Assembly: GCA_002839855.1 (NCBI GenBank)
Contig: PGYV01000009.1
Span: 7,220 to 71,219, forward strand
Origin: Candidatus Goldiibacteriota bacterium HGW-Goldbacteria-1
Lineage (GTDB): Bacteria; Oederibacteriota; PGYV01
Direction of reading: 5' to 3'
DNA: 64,000 bases
In this document: positions 27,707 through 38,612 of the stretch, piece after piece
How positions within the stretch are numbered: the first letter of the stretch is position 1
Layout: every line of letters begins with the position of its first letter
Translations under genes and position numbers: made by a program
Notes under the pieces: generated by a model
The model's input: only the letters and a program-made list of their open reading frames with translations
What the model was told of the DNA's origin: nothing
Databases searched by the model: none

Positions 27707-27821
27707 TAATTCCTCCTCTGCGGTTATTGTTCAGTATTGTAAACTACTTTTAAGTGGAAATCAATATTTACTTGTTGTATACTCATTTTACGCAGAAAAA
27801 ATATAATATTCCGGATAAAAA

Positions 27822-28877
27822 ATGAAAAAAACACTTAAAAACGCAGAGTATTTGGACCCTTATATTATTGCCGAAATCGGCGTTAATCACGGCGGCAGTA
27901 TGGATCTGGCTAAAAAAATAATACAACTGGCTGCCGCAGCAGGGGCTGATGCCGCAAAATTTCAAACTTACAAAGCCGATAAACTGGCATCAAAAGGACA
28001 TTCTCCTTATTATTGGGATATTAACGAAGAACCTGCTGAAAATCAGCACTCTCTTTTTTCAATGTATGACAAATTTGGAGAAACTGAATACAAAGAACTT
28101 AAAAAATGCTGTGATGAAAATAATATTGATTTTTTGTCCACCCCGTTTGACCTGGAATCAGCAGATATGATTGACCCGCTTGTGCCGTTTCACAAAATCG
28201 CATCGGCAGACATTACCAATATCCCATTATTGCGTAAAATAGCGTCAAAGAAAAAAACAATACTTCTTTCCACGGGAGCATCCACAAACAAAGAAATAAC
28301 AAACGCGATAAATACCTTATACAACCCGGACTTATCTGAAATATATCTGCTACACTGCGTTCTTAATTACCCCACCCCCAAAGAACACGCGCAATTGGCC
28401 CTTTTGACAAATCTTAAAGCGGATTTTAAAAACGTTTCGGGATTCGGCTATTCCGATCACGTTGCCCCAAACACAGACGGAACAATGCCGGCGCTTGAAA
28501 TGGCGGCGATTCAGGGCGCGGTTATTATAGAAAAACATTTTACCCATGACAAAAAACTTAAAGGCAACGATCATTATCACGCAATGGATGAAAAAGACCT
28601 GAAAGCTTTCAGGATAAAACTTTCAGAATATAAAGAAATTTACGGCAGCGGAAAAAGAAATCTTGAATGGGAAAAAAAAGCCGTAACAAATGCAAGAAGG
28701 CGCATTGTCGCATCCAAAAACATTAAAACCGGCGATGAAATCAATGAAGGCAACATTATTGCATTAAGGGCAAATACAGGAATAGAAGTATCTTTCTGGG
28801 ATAATATTATCGGAAAAAAAGCGGCAGCGGACATTCCTTCAGGAAAGCCGCTTGAAAACAATGATATTTCTGAATAA
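27822..28877 (+). CDS. N-acetylneuraminate/pseudaminate/legionaminate synthase (NeuB family) with C-terminal SAF domain
   Basis: IIAEIGVNHGGS... is typical of NeuB/PseI/LegI. A C-terminal antifreeze-like (SAF) domain is present. Confidence 0.85.
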   Translation: MKKTLKNAEYLDPYIIAEIGVNHGGSMDLAKKIIQLAAAAGADAAKFQTYKADKLASKGHSPYYWDINEEPAENQHSLFSMYDKFGETEYKELKKCCDENNIDFLSTPFDLESADMIDPLVPFHKIASADITNIPLLRKIASKKKTILLSTGASTNKEITNAINTLYNPDLSEIYLLHCVLNYPTPKEHAQLALLTNLKADFKNVSGFGYSDHVAPNTDGTMPALEMAAIQGAVIIEKHFTHDKKLKGNDHYHAMDEKDLKAFRIKLSEYKEIYGSGKRNLEWEKKAVTNARRRIVASKNIKTGDEINEGNIIALRANTGIEVSFWDNIIGKKAAADIPSGKPLENNDISE

Positions 28878-28898
28878 TTTTTTATCCCCGGTGCCTCT

Positions 28899-29900
28899 AT
28901 GATAATAACCATAACAGGCGCTTTTAGAAACGCGGGAGACCACCTGATTGTTGACCGCGCATTAACGCTTCTGCGGAAATATTCTGACAAAGACATAATA
29001 AACATTAACAGAAAACATATTAAAGAAACTGATTACCGGCTTTTTAATAAAGCAAAAGCCGTTATCCTGTGCGGCGGGCCCGCATATCAGGAAAATATTT
29101 ACCCTGAAATATATAACCTTGATTTAAACAGAATAAACGCCCCCGTCATTCCGCTTGGGCTTGGTTATAAACAAGCATCGGAAAAATTCAGTTTTTCAGA
29201 AAAAAGCCTTGATTTTATAAGGACTATACATAAAAAAATTAAAAATTCAAGCGCCAGGGATATAATGACAAAAGAAGTTTTAAAAAAGATTAAAATCAAC
29301 AACGTTATAATGACGGGATGCCCGGCTTGGTATAATATGGATAAGTTAAATAAAAATTTTACCTTTAAAAAAGAATCGCAGATTAATAAAGTTGCTTTTT
29401 CAGTACCCGCAAAAGTAACAGCGGATACAATTAAAATAATGAAGTATATATCAGAAAGATTTTCCGAAAAAAAACTTATATGCACTTTTCATCACGGTTT
29501 TTTCACCAGATTTGACAGGGACGGCATTAAAACCATGATTGGCTTTTTAAAATGCGCGTCTTACGCAAAAAAATACGGCTTTAAAACAGAAGATATGAAT
29601 TCAAGTTCTTCAAAATTTAAAATCTATGACGATGTGGACCTTCACATAGGTTACAGGGTTCATGCCCATATATTCTTCCTTTCAGAAAGAAAAGCCACAC
29701 TTCTTATTTCAGAAGACAGCAGGGCCAAAGGGCAGTCAGCCACCCTTGGCACCCCGGATATATGCGGAATTGATACGGTATCCGCCCTAAAAAAAGAAAT
29801 TGACGCCCACTTTCATACAAAAGGAACGGCAATTAAACGCGCCGTAAATAAAATGAAAAAAACATTTCCTGTCATGAAAAATTTTTTAAAGGGCATATAA
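28899..29900 (+). CDS. polysaccharide pyruvyl transferase family protein (tentative)
   Basis: The N-terminal pattern MIITITGAFRNAGDHLI resembles the PF04230 family. The call also rests on locus context. Confidence 0.4.
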   Translation: MIITITGAFRNAGDHLIVDRALTLLRKYSDKDIININRKHIKETDYRLFNKAKAVILCGGPAYQENIYPEIYNLDLNRINAPVIPLGLGYKQASEKFSFSEKSLDFIRTIHKKIKNSSARDIMTKEVLKKIKINNVIMTGCPAWYNMDKLNKNFTFKKESQINKVAFSVPAKVTADTIKIMKYISERFSEKKLICTFHHGFFTRFDRDGIKTMIGFLKCASYAKKYGFKTEDMNSSSSKFKIYDDVDLHIGYRVHAHIFFLSERKATLLISEDSRAKGQSATLGTPDICGIDTVSALKKEIDAHFHTKGTAIKRAVNKMKKTFPVMKNFLKGI

Positions 29901-31172
29901 TTGAAAAAAAATTCTTTATTAAACCATTTTACTTTTCATTTTGGAATATACTTTACTTCAACCATTATTTCAAAGATAATACCTTTTTTACTGCTTCCGG
30001 TAATTACAAAAATTCTTATACCGGCAGAATACGGAAAATGGTCGGTTTTTTCTTCAATACTGGTTTTTACCGTCCCCTTTGCCGGCTTAATGATGAGATA
30101 TCATATAGCAAGGTCATATTACAAATTATCCAGAGAAAAAATGGGGGAATTACTTTCTAATGTCATTTTTATAACCCTGATAAGCAGCATTTCCATTTTT
30201 CTTCTTTCTTTAATATTTTCATTGTTTTATAAAAACTTTTTTCTGGACTACCGTATATACCTGATTCCTTTATTGGCCTTTTTAACATGCATTTCCGAAT
30301 ATTTTACCACTATATTAAGATATGAAAAGAAACCCCTTCTTTACGCTGTTTTTGAATTAAGCGGCACCCTGATTCTTTGGACAATCGCGGTCGCGCTGAT
30401 TATATCGGATATTATGAAATGGGAAGGCATGCTTGCCGGTTCTGTCTTATCCGCCTTTTTAATAACCGTATTTTCGCTTATATATTTCAGAAAAAATGGT
30501 TTTCTTATTTTTAAATTTTCCAAAGAAGCGGTAAAATCAGCTGTAAAAATAGGAATACCTCTGCTTCCTCACGCGGCTGCCGCTTCAATAATCGCGATGA
30601 GCGACCGCCTTATTCTTGTAAAAATGACCACCACGGAAATAGTGGGTATATATTCCGTTGGATATGCCCTTGGAATGACTGTTAATATTTTTATTGAAGC
30701 CTTTAACAAAAATTGGGGCCCCTGGATATATGAAAAGCTTACGGAAATATCCGAAGAAATAAAAATTCTTATAGTAAAAAATACATACATTTTTATTGCG
30801 GTATTAACGGCCGCTTTTATCGCGGTCTGTGCCGGAGGCAGCCTTTATATTAATTTCTTCATAGATCCAAAATACCATTCAGCGGTGCCTGTCCTTTATT
30901 GGGCCGCTTTAGCGGCGTTTTTTAGAGGGCTTTACATAGCAATCTTTCCATATATGACTTATCTTGGAATAACTTACATCTATTCCGTAATTTCGGTAAT
31001 ATCAGGTGTTTTCAATGTAATACTTACCATTATCCTGGTTAAGTATTACGGAATGATAGGCGCCGCACAGGCGACAGCGGCGGCATTTTTTCTTATGTTT
31101 ATTTTGCTCTTTATATTCAGTAATTCCAGATTTCCGATGCCGTGGCTTTTCTTTTTAAAAAGGGTTAAATAA
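29901..31172 (+). CDS. oligosaccharide flippase (Wzx/MOP superfamily)
   Basis: The polytopic membrane protein has about 12 helices. It has the typical flippase size and N-terminal pattern. Confidence 0.65.
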   Translation: MKKNSLLNHFTFHFGIYFTSTIISKIIPFLLLPVITKILIPAEYGKWSVFSSILVFTVPFAGLMMRYHIARSYYKLSREKMGELLSNVIFITLISSISIFLLSLIFSLFYKNFFLDYRIYLIPLLAFLTCISEYFTTILRYEKKPLLYAVFELSGTLILWTIAVALIISDIMKWEGMLAGSVLSAFLITVFSLIYFRKNGFLIFKFSKEAVKSAVKIGIPLLPHAAAASIIAMSDRLILVKMTTTEIVGIYSVGYALGMTVNIFIEAFNKNWGPWIYEKLTEISEEIKILIVKNTYIFIAVLTAAFIAVCAGGSLYINFFIDPKYHSAVPVLYWAALAAFFRGLYIAIFPYMTYLGITYIYSVISVISGVFNVILTIILVKYYGMIGAAQATAAAFFLMFILLFIFSNSRFPMPWLFFLKRVK

Positions 31173-32534
31173 ATGGGAAAAAACCATTCCGTTAATGATG
31201 TATGCGGTTTTTTCTGGAACATAGAAAAAAAATATAACCTTTTAAACCGCAGCATTAACGGAATTTATATCTGGCAGGCTTTAAGAATAGACGTATATTA
31301 TAAATTAACCGCCAAAATAGGCCTTTTTACCCCTCCTGCTCCCCCTCGCAAGAAAACAATTATGGGAAGGGCTTTAAAATTATTGACAGAATTTTATTAT
31401 TTTGTATTTAATAACCCTTTCTTAAAAACAAAAAACACAGACACTGCTGTCCTTCTTCATCCAAGAAAAATATCCCGGCAGGACATATATTCTTCTTCAC
31501 TTCTAAAAGAATTTAAGAGAATTAACAAGGACATTTACATATTTGATGTTATGGGTTCTCCTGAAAATGATTACGTTACATTTGATCCATATAAAAAAGC
31601 CGCGCATATATGGGCGGTTATCAATAAAAAATATATTTCGCTTTCCCCTGCCGATTTGGAAGTAATTAAAAACATAGAACAGGAAATATATTCCGAATAC
31701 GCTGTCCGCCTTGACCTTTTACCGCTTATTAAATACAACATAATCAACTTTAAATTTCTTCTCGCCGTATATCGTAAATTTCTCAGGCAAAAAAAAGTTA
31801 AAAAACTTTATGTGGTCGTGGGGTATGTTAATACCCCTCTGATAGCCGCGGCTAAAAGCGTTAATACAGAAGTCATAGAACTTCAGCACGGTATAATTAC
31901 AAAATATCACCTTGGTTACAGTTATCCTGACAAAGGAAATATACACTACATGCCGGACAAGCTTTTGTGTTTTGGAAAATACTGGTATGAATCAACACCC
32001 CTTCCTTCAAATACAAAAACAGCGGTTTTAGGCGCCCCTTTTATCCTTGAACCGGGTAAAAAATACAGCGCACAAAAAGAAAAAAACTCCGTCCTTTTTG
32101 TTTCTCAGGGCGTTATTGGAGAAAAACTTTTCAATTTTGCCCTTCAAACCGCGAAAATACTGCCTTCTTATAACATCAAATTTAACCCGCATCCAAGTGA
32201 AAATTACAATGATTATGAAAAACTTTTTTCAGAAAATACTTTAAAGAATTTTTCATTAACAGAAAAAAAATACAACATATTTGAACTTCTGGCAATGTCA
32301 GAATATCAGGCGGGGGTCTTCTCAACCACCCTTTTTGAAGGAATGGTGCTTAATACAAAAATTATACTTATTGACATGGCAGGATCCGAATATATGGCGC
32401 CGGTTATTGAAAAAAAAGACGCCATTCTTGTAAAAACACCGGAAGAACTGGCTTTAAAAATAAACACAGCCGGATTAGCGGCAAATATTTCAGATTATTA
32501 CGCGCAGCCGGCCGATAAAATCACGGATTTATAA
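31173..32534 (+). CDS. hypothetical protein, possibly capsule-type (KpsC/KpsS-like) glycosyltransferase / nonulosonate transferase
   Basis: Context is the only strong evidence. Weak resemblance to Capsule_synth family. Confidence 0.3.
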   Translation: MGKNHSVNDVCGFFWNIEKKYNLLNRSINGIYIWQALRIDVYYKLTAKIGLFTPPAPPRKKTIMGRALKLLTEFYYFVFNNPFLKTKNTDTAVLLHPRKISRQDIYSSSLLKEFKRINKDIYIFDVMGSPENDYVTFDPYKKAAHIWAVINKKYISLSPADLEVIKNIEQEIYSEYAVRLDLLPLIKYNIINFKFLLAVYRKFLRQKKVKKLYVVVGYVNTPLIAAAKSVNTEVIELQHGIITKYHLGYSYPDKGNIHYMPDKLLCFGKYWYESTPLPSNTKTAVLGAPFILEPGKKYSAQKEKNSVLFVSQGVIGEKLFNFALQTAKILPSYNIKFNPHPSENYNDYEKLFSENTLKNFSLTEKKYNIFELLAMSEYQAGVFSTTLFEGMVLNTKIILIDMAGSEYMAPVIEKKDAILVKTPEELALKINTAGLAANISDYYAQPADKITDL

Positions 32535-34166
32535 TTCAACTTTTATTATATTGGATATTTTTCTGACTATTTCCCTGTTTGTCCGGCCTTTGACCGTTGT
32601 TTTGGCGTAAAAATGAAGTTTTTTCCTTAATTCATAGTTTTGTATCAGTTTATTTATCTCTTCAGATAATTTCTTATCGCTGATATCCGCGCCTAACCCC
32701 AGATTTATTACCCCGCATTCTTTTTTTGCGTGCGTGTGCGTGGTTTCCTTTTTATTCTGACACATACATAACACGGGAGTTCCCAGCGTCATAAGTTCCG
32801 TTATTGTCCTTCCGGCGCTTGAAAGCGCAATATCCGCTTCTTTCATTATTTTTGGCATATATTTTACATTGGTAAGCACTTCGCCTTTTAAACCGTATTC
32901 ATTTAAATCTATCTTTCTGTTTTTTCTGCCAAGTCCCTGTACTGCCCTGACAAACCCCTTATATTTAATTGCTTTAAGCGCGTTTAAGGCTTTTATTGTA
33001 AGATTTGAAGGATCTGTCCCTCCAAAAAGCAGCAGAATATTATCAACAGATTTATTTATTTTCTTATCCGGATTAACCCAAGTAAATGAGGGGTGTAAAA
33101 AAGCATTTTGGACTCCTGTCAGTTGTTTGGCGTCTTCCACTTCCGGGTTTTTATACAGGTCGCTTATAAGAAGATCCGCAATTTTAGCCCCGGGCCCCAT
33201 ATCCTCCAGTGTTATAACAACCGCACCCGTGGACTTCAACCGCTTTACATAATCATACCGTGTATCAAGCTGATCAAGAATAATTATGTCCGGCTTCATT
33301 CTTTGGGAAAGTTTTACAAATTCAGAATCACTTTTTACGCCTATAAAATTATGGGGCATATCCTTAAAAAAAGAGCTGCTTAATTTTTTATTTCCATAAA
33401 TATTTGAAACAATATACGTTTCATGTTCTGAAAGTTCATAAGCAATTGCGGAACTTCTGTACAGATGGCCCATGCCAATTTTCAGGCTTGAATCCGCTTT
33501 TATAAGTATTCTTTTCCTTTTTACTATATACTCTGCCGCGTACCAGTCTATATAATCATCGATATCCATGCCTTCAACTTTATCAACCGAAATAACAGCA
33601 ACCGGTTTTATTATTCTTGTTTTATGTTTTTGAATATCTTTTACCCTGGCTCCTATAATTGCGCCTGATTCAATGTAATTGGCAGGCAGTTCCTGCCTGT
33701 TTACCCTTTTTTTATACGCCGGAATCAGCTCCCCTTTGCTGTTCATTTTCCATGACAAAAACCTGTCATCCACAGCTGTCAAAATTGAACCATTATTTTT
33801 TATAAGCTTTTTTGCTTTAATTATGGTTTCGGTCTTTAAAAAAGGGCAGGTTGCCTGGACAGTAAAAAAATAATCATCCCCTTTTGCCCCTAATTTATAA
33901 AGTTCACTGAGTGTATTATAAGCCACATTATCAAGGGTTGCCTTGCCTGTTGTTTTTTCTTCCATTACAATATTAACTTCATAACCGCGGGCAATTTCAC
34001 TCAGTTCTGCATCATCAGTAACAACAACAACCTGTTTTTTATTTTCAACTTTCAAAATAGTTTCCAGAACATACGCCAAAAGGGGTTTGCCTCCAAGATT
34101 CCTGGCATTCTTTCTTAAAACATCTTTAGAACCGCCTCTGACGGGTATCATGTACCATGTTTTCAT
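32529..34166 (-). CDS. bifunctional acylneuraminate cytidylyltransferase (NeuA/PseF) fused to PseG-like UDP-sugar hydrolase/GT28-C domain
   Basis: The N-terminus MIPVRGGSKDVLRKNAR is the CMP-NeuAc synthetase signature. The C-terminal half resembles the PseG/MurG-like GT-B fold. The probable start is MKTWYM (34166), and the track ORF extends to 34253. Confidence 0.7.
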   Translation of the reverse strand: MKTWYMIPVRGGSKDVLRKNARNLGGKPLLAYVLETILKVENKKQVVVVTDDAELSEIARGYEVNIVMEEKTTGKATLDNVAYNTLSELYKLGAKGDDYFFTVQATCPFLKTETIIKAKKLIKNNGSILTAVDDRFLSWKMNSKGELIPAYKKRVNRQELPANYIESGAIIGARVKDIQKHKTRIIKPVAVISVDKVEGMDIDDYIDWYAAEYIVKRKRILIKADSSLKIGMGHLYRSSAIAYELSEHETYIVSNIYGNKKLSSSFFKDMPHNFIGVKSDSEFVKLSQRMKPDIIILDQLDTRYDYVKRLKSTGAVVITLEDMGPGAKIADLLISDLYKNPEVEDAKQLTGVQNAFLHPSFTWVNPDKKINKSVDNILLLFGGTDPSNLTIKALNALKAIKYKGFVRAVQGLGRKNRKIDLNEYGLKGEVLTNVKYMPKIMKEADIALSSAGRTITELMTLGTPVLCMCQNKKETTHTHAKKECGVINLGLGADISDKKLSEEINKLIQNYELRKKLHFYAKTTVKGRTNREIVRKISNIIKVEL

Positions 34167-34257
34167 GCAGTCGCTCCATTTTACGGCTGTAATTATTTTT
34201 ATTGATAAAATAACCTTATCTGACAGATTATTACACATTTTAATATAAATCAAACAA

Positions 34258-34296
34258 TAAAAAAAGGACGGCTTATAATAAGCCGTCCTTTTTTAC
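34258..34296 (-). terminator. bidirectional-looking hairpin terminator 3' of the ankyrin gene
   Basis: AAGGACGGCTTAT-AAT-AAGCCGTCCTT, flanked by A- and T-runs. Confidence 0.7.
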
Positions 34297-34309
34297 TTAA
34301 TAACTGTAT

Positions 34310-35200
34310 TTACTTATTCTTTTTTGCCCAGTCAGCTTCCGCCTGAACAAGCATTTCCTTAATATCCCACAATTTCAAATGATTCGCGTATGACCTGGCT
34401 ATTTTTCCGTTACTGTCCTTATAAGTGGGATCAGCGCCCATATCAAGAATAGTTTTAACCACGTCTATTTTTTTTGACTGAACCGCATAAATAAGAACTG
34501 AATTACCCTGTTTATCTTTTGCATTTGGATTGGCGACTTTCACTTTTCTTTTTTTATCGCCTTCAATTATGGCATTCAAAACATCTATTTTGCCTTTCCA
34601 TGCAGCTGCTAAAAAAGCATCTATTCCCTGCGAATTTTTTATTGTCACGTCAGCACCGGCTTCAACAAGCATCAGGCCTATCTTGCCGTCTCCCTTTCCG
34701 GTTGCAAGCGCAGTAATTAAGGCTGTATTTCCCTGGTTCTTTTCTTTTGCATTTAAATCAGCACCTGCTTCTATTAATAGAGGGAAAACATTCTTGTGTT
34801 TTTTAAACGCGGCATAAAGAAGAGGCGTTATTCCTTCTTTATCAACTATATTAACTTCTGCTCCGTTGGCTATAAGGCTTTTAACAATGTCAGCATTGCC
34901 GTCGGCTACGGCATAATAAAGCGCGCTTCTTCCGTCTTTATCCAGAACATTTATATCCCCTTTATAAGCAACAAGCGCTTTAAGAATTGCATTTACAATT
35001 TTTACCTGGCCTTTTGATGTAGCATACATAAGGGCTGTCCTTCCGCCGTCATCAACAGCATCCCTGTACTCTTTATCCTTCATTAAATCCATTACATTAC
35101 CTGTCTGCTCTGCCTGACTGAAAATCTTAATTAATTTATCATTTGCAATTAAAGATGAAGCAAAAACTAAAACAAACAAAACAAGAATGATTTTTTTCAT
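34310..35200 (-). CDS. secreted ankyrin-repeat protein
   Basis: A signal peptide is present. At least five ANK repeats are present (GRTALMYA..., GRSALYYAV..., GITPLLYAA..., GNTALITA...). Confidence 0.8.
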   Translation of the reverse strand: MKKIILVLFVLVFASSLIANDKLIKIFSQAEQTGNVMDLMKDKEYRDAVDDGGRTALMYATSKGQVKIVNAILKALVAYKGDINVLDKDGRSALYYAVADGNADIVKSLIANGAEVNIVDKEGITPLLYAAFKKHKNVFPLLIEAGADLNAKEKNQGNTALITALATGKGDGKIGLMLVEAGADVTIKNSQGIDAFLAAAWKGKIDVLNAIIEGDKKRKVKVANPNAKDKQGNSVLIYAVQSKKIDVVKTILDMGADPTYKDSNGKIARSYANHLKLWDIKEMLVQAEADWAKKNK

Positions 35201-35384
35201 TTAAACCTCCCATTTTTTTTTAAATTTTACCACTTCTATGGCTGTCTTTCAAGGAAAAATCACGGATATGTCAATGCTTTAAACCTGCAGGACTGTTCTG
35301 CGTCCAAAACTATATCAGTAAAAAGATAATACTTTTTCTTACTTTTCCGTTTATAGTGTCACGCAATCTGCCGTATTGAAAAAA

Positions 35385-36371
35385 TTATTTTTTTTGACTG
35401 TTAATTATGAAATTTTTATAGTACTCCATGGTCTCTTTCAGCCCCTGTTCAAGGGTATATTCGGTTTCAAAAGCAATTTTGTCCTTTGCCTTTTGATTAA
35501 GAGAACTTCTTCTCTCATAACCTTCCGGCCTTGAAGTATCATAAACAATCTTCACATTAAGCCCCGATATTTTAATTATTGTTTCTGCCACTTCTCTTAT
35601 TGTGTATTCCCTGTCATTGCCAAGGTTTACGGGGTCAGCTTCCGGATATTTTTCGGCAGCAAGCATCATGCCTTTAACAGCGTCTTTTACATATAAAAGA
35701 GCCCTTGTCTGATTGCCGCTTCCCCACACCTGTATTGTGCCGTCAGCCGCGCCGTACACTTTATTAATAAGCGCGGCAACAACATGCGAATGCTTTGGGT
35801 CAAATTTATCACGCGGCCCGTAGGCGTTATACGGCCTGACCACAGCCACATTTATTCCCTTATACTTTTTAAGGTACTTAGCGGAAAGTTCAAGCGCGCG
35901 TTTTGCCCAGCCATAGCCTTCGTTTGTTTCTTCCGGGTCAGAACGAAAACCTTCTGTTTCCGGCGTGGGGATTATGGCATCATGCGGATAAACGCAAGCG
36001 GAGCTTACAAAAAGCGCTTCTTTTATATTGTTTTCTATTATGGATTTTGTAACCGCGGACAGCATAAGCAGATTATCCGCGTAAACTTCAGCCATATATT
36101 TCATATTGTATTCAATTCCGCCTACCCTGGCCGCTAAGTGCATTACCATATCCTGCCCTTTAAAATTTTCAATAACCTGCTTATAGTCAAAAAGGTCTGT
36201 CTTTAAAAACCTGATTTTATTTTTATGCACGCTTTGCCCTATATGCCCTTCATTTATATCCGCTGATGTCACTATAGCGCCAGCTTCACACAAAGCTTCA
36301 CATAAATGTGACCCGATAAAACCCCCGCCGCCGGTGACTGTTACTTTTTTATCCTTCCAGAATGAAGACAT
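35385..36371 (-). CDS. NAD-dependent epimerase/dehydratase (GDP-sugar 4-reductase/epimerase candidate)
   Basis: The Rossmann motif VTGGGGFIGSHL is present. The YxxxK catalytic motif is present. Confidence 0.8.
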   Translation of the reverse strand: MSSFWKDKKVTVTGGGGFIGSHLCEALCEAGAIVTSADINEGHIGQSVHKNKIRFLKTDLFDYKQVIENFKGQDMVMHLAARVGGIEYNMKYMAEVYADNLLMLSAVTKSIIENNIKEALFVSSACVYPHDAIIPTPETEGFRSDPEETNEGYGWAKRALELSAKYLKKYKGINVAVVRPYNAYGPRDKFDPKHSHVVAALINKVYGAADGTIQVWGSGNQTRALLYVKDAVKGMMLAAEKYPEADPVNLGNDREYTIREVAETIIKISGLNVKIVYDTSRPEGYERRSSLNQKAKDKIAFETEYTLEQGLKETMEYYKNFIINSQKK

Positions 36372-36382
36372 ATCTGCCCCCG

Positions 36383-37576
36383 TTATTTTAAAGCCGCGTC
36401 AAACGCCGCTTCTATTATTTTGATATCCTCTTTTTCTATATACTGGTGGCAGCCGATGTAAAAACCATTAGTCCCTATAAATTCGGCCTCCGGTAATTTT
36501 CCCGCATATTCGTCTTTCAGATAGGAATAAGCAGGCTGCTGTGTCGGGATGCACCCAAACAGCGGGCGGCTTTCCACATTATTTTTTGCAAGTTTTATAC
36601 GCAGGTCACGCCTGCTGATTTTGGCTGATTTTTTTATAACCAAAGGATAAGCCAGATAGCTTACATTTTCCATGTATTCCGGCAGCCTGAATATATCTTC
36701 ATATTTTTTAAGCGCTTTGTTTATCGCCGCAATATTCTGCCTGCGTTTTTCCATTATTTCATCAAAACGCTTTAACTGCAAAAGCCCCAGCGCGGCAGTA
36801 AATTCCATTGTTTTGAAATTATACCCGATCAGATTATGCGTGAACCTTGGGTCCATATCGCGTTCATCTTCCGGTTCGTGCGGGCATATGCCGTCATTCC
36901 TGGTACATACAAGGCAGTCGCAGACCCTGCCATTTGCCTTTATCTGCCTTACCAGGCGCGCAAGAGCCATATCATTGGTTGTCACCGCGCCCATCTCGCC
37001 CACCTGAATATTGTGGGCTATATAGAATGAATAATCCGCGAGAATGGAAAAGTTACCCACGTTTACGCCGTTTATCTTTGTACCGTGTGCCTGCGCCGCG
37101 TCTTCAAAAATAAGCAGGCCATATTTAGCCGCGACTTCATTTATTTTAATCATGTCGCATGGGTATCCCATAAGGTGCACCGGAAGTATAAGCGAACACT
37201 TGTCCGCGCCTTCACGTTTTATCGCTTCTTCTATCTGACCGGGCCCAATGTTAAGCGTGCCGGGTTCAATATCCGCAAAAACAGGCTTTAACCCGGCAAG
37301 CACAATAGCGCTTACCGTGGAGATATACGTGACGGGGGTTGTAATAACACTGCTGCCTTTTTTTATTTTACCCGAATAAATCAGGGCAAGCAGCCCGGCT
37401 ACAAGCGCCGATGTGCCTGACGATACCGCTATGCCGTGGCGTACGCCTATTTTTTCGGCGAATTCTCGTTCAAACTGTTTTACATTTTTGCCTTCGGAAA
37501 TATGCCCTGAATCCAGAACCGCGTTTATCGCGGCTTTTTCTTCCGGCCCTATTTTCATGTCTCCTACGTGTATCAT
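36383..37576 (-). CDS. DegT/DnrJ/EryC1/StrS family sugar aminotransferase with a Cys-rich insertion
   Basis: The PLP-dependent fold is present, with Lys in a ...FYIAHN... context. An insertion CDCLVCTRNDGICPHE is present. Confidence 0.85.
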   Translation of the reverse strand: MIHVGDMKIGPEEKAAINAVLDSGHISEGKNVKQFEREFAEKIGVRHGIAVSSGTSALVAGLLALIYSGKIKKGSSVITTPVTYISTVSAIVLAGLKPVFADIEPGTLNIGPGQIEEAIKREGADKCSLILPVHLMGYPCDMIKINEVAAKYGLLIFEDAAQAHGTKINGVNVGNFSILADYSFYIAHNIQVGEMGAVTTNDMALARLVRQIKANGRVCDCLVCTRNDGICPHEPEDERDMDPRFTHNLIGYNFKTMEFTAALGLLQLKRFDEIMEKRRQNIAAINKALKKYEDIFRLPEYMENVSYLAYPLVIKKSAKISRRDLRIKLAKNNVESRPLFGCIPTQQPAYSYLKDEYAGKLPEAEFIGTNGFYIGCHQYIEKEDIKIIEAAFDAALK

Positions 37577-37589
37577 TATATGGCTCCTG

Positions 37590-38579
37590 TTATTTATTTA
37601 CACCGGCTTCCTTTAAATCGGCATCCACCATAATTTTCACAAGTTCCTTAAAATTTGTTTTTGGAACCCATCCAAGCTTTTCTTTAGCTTTTGTAGCATC
37701 GCCTATCAGAAGGTCCACTTCAGCCGGACGGAAATAACGCGGGTCTATTTCAACATATTTATTCCAGTCAAGCCCGGCATATGAAAAAGCTTCCTGCAAA
37801 AATTCTTTAACCGAATGGGTTTCCCCGGTTGCTATTACATAATCATCCGGTTTATCCTGCTGCAGCATAAGCCACATGGCTTCAACATAATCTTTCGCGT
37901 AACCCCAGTCCCTTTTGGCATCAAGGTTGCCTAAAAATAATTTATCCTGTTTTTTGGCTGCAATATTTGCCAGTGCCCTTGTTATTTTCTTGGTGACAAA
38001 GGTACCGCCCCTTCTGGGGCTTTCATGGTTGAACAATATTCCATTACACGCAAACATATTATAACTTTCCCTGTAATTTACCGCCATCCAGTAAGCGTAC
38101 AATTTTGCGGCGCCATACGGGCTGCGCGGATAAAAGGGCGTGGTCTCTTTCTGAGGAACCTCCTGGGCAAGGCCGTACAATTCGCTTGAAGACGCCTGAT
38201 AAAATTTTGTCTCTATCTGCGTTTCCCTTACGGCTTCAAGAAGCCTTGTGGTACCCATTCCTGTAATATCGCCTGTATAAACAGGAATATCAAAACTGAC
38301 CCTTACGTGGCTTTGCGCTCCCAGGTTATATATTTCATCCGGTTTTATTTTTTCAAGCAGGCGGGAAAGGTTTGTTCCATCAGCCAAATCACCGTAATAC
38401 ATAAAAAGTTTATTATTCATTATTTCTTTATTGTCCATAAGGTGGTCAATTCTTTCCGTGTTAAACGCGCTTGAACGCCTCATAATTCCATGAACTTCAT
38501 AACCCTTGGAAATAAGAAATTCCGTAAGATAAGAACCATCCTGCCCCGTAATGCCCGTAATAAAAGCTTTTTTATTCAT
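37590..38579 (-). CDS. gmd: GDP-mannose 4,6-dehydratase
   Basis: The N-terminus [34 protein letters not shown] is a near-canonical Gmd N-terminus. Confidence 0.9.
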   Translation of the reverse strand: MNKKAFITGITGQDGSYLTEFLISKGYEVHGIMRRSSAFNTERIDHLMDNKEIMNNKLFMYYGDLADGTNLSRLLEKIKPDEIYNLGAQSHVRVSFDIPVYTGDITGMGTTRLLEAVRETQIETKFYQASSSELYGLAQEVPQKETTPFYPRSPYGAAKLYAYWMAVNYRESYNMFACNGILFNHESPRRGGTFVTKKITRALANIAAKKQDKLFLGNLDAKRDWGYAKDYVEAMWLMLQQDKPDDYVIATGETHSVKEFLQEAFSYAGLDWNKYVEIDPRYFRPAEVDLLIGDATKAKEKLGWVPKTNFKELVKIMVDADLKEAGVNK

Positions 38580-38612
38580 TTTATCCCTCTCAGCTTTTTA
38601 TAATTTTATTAT

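Noticed and set aside
36672-37737. Cluster of six short plus-strand ORFs over the DegT aminotransferase and Gmd genes
   Set aside because: They overlap each other and strongly supported minus-strand genes. They have no coding signature.
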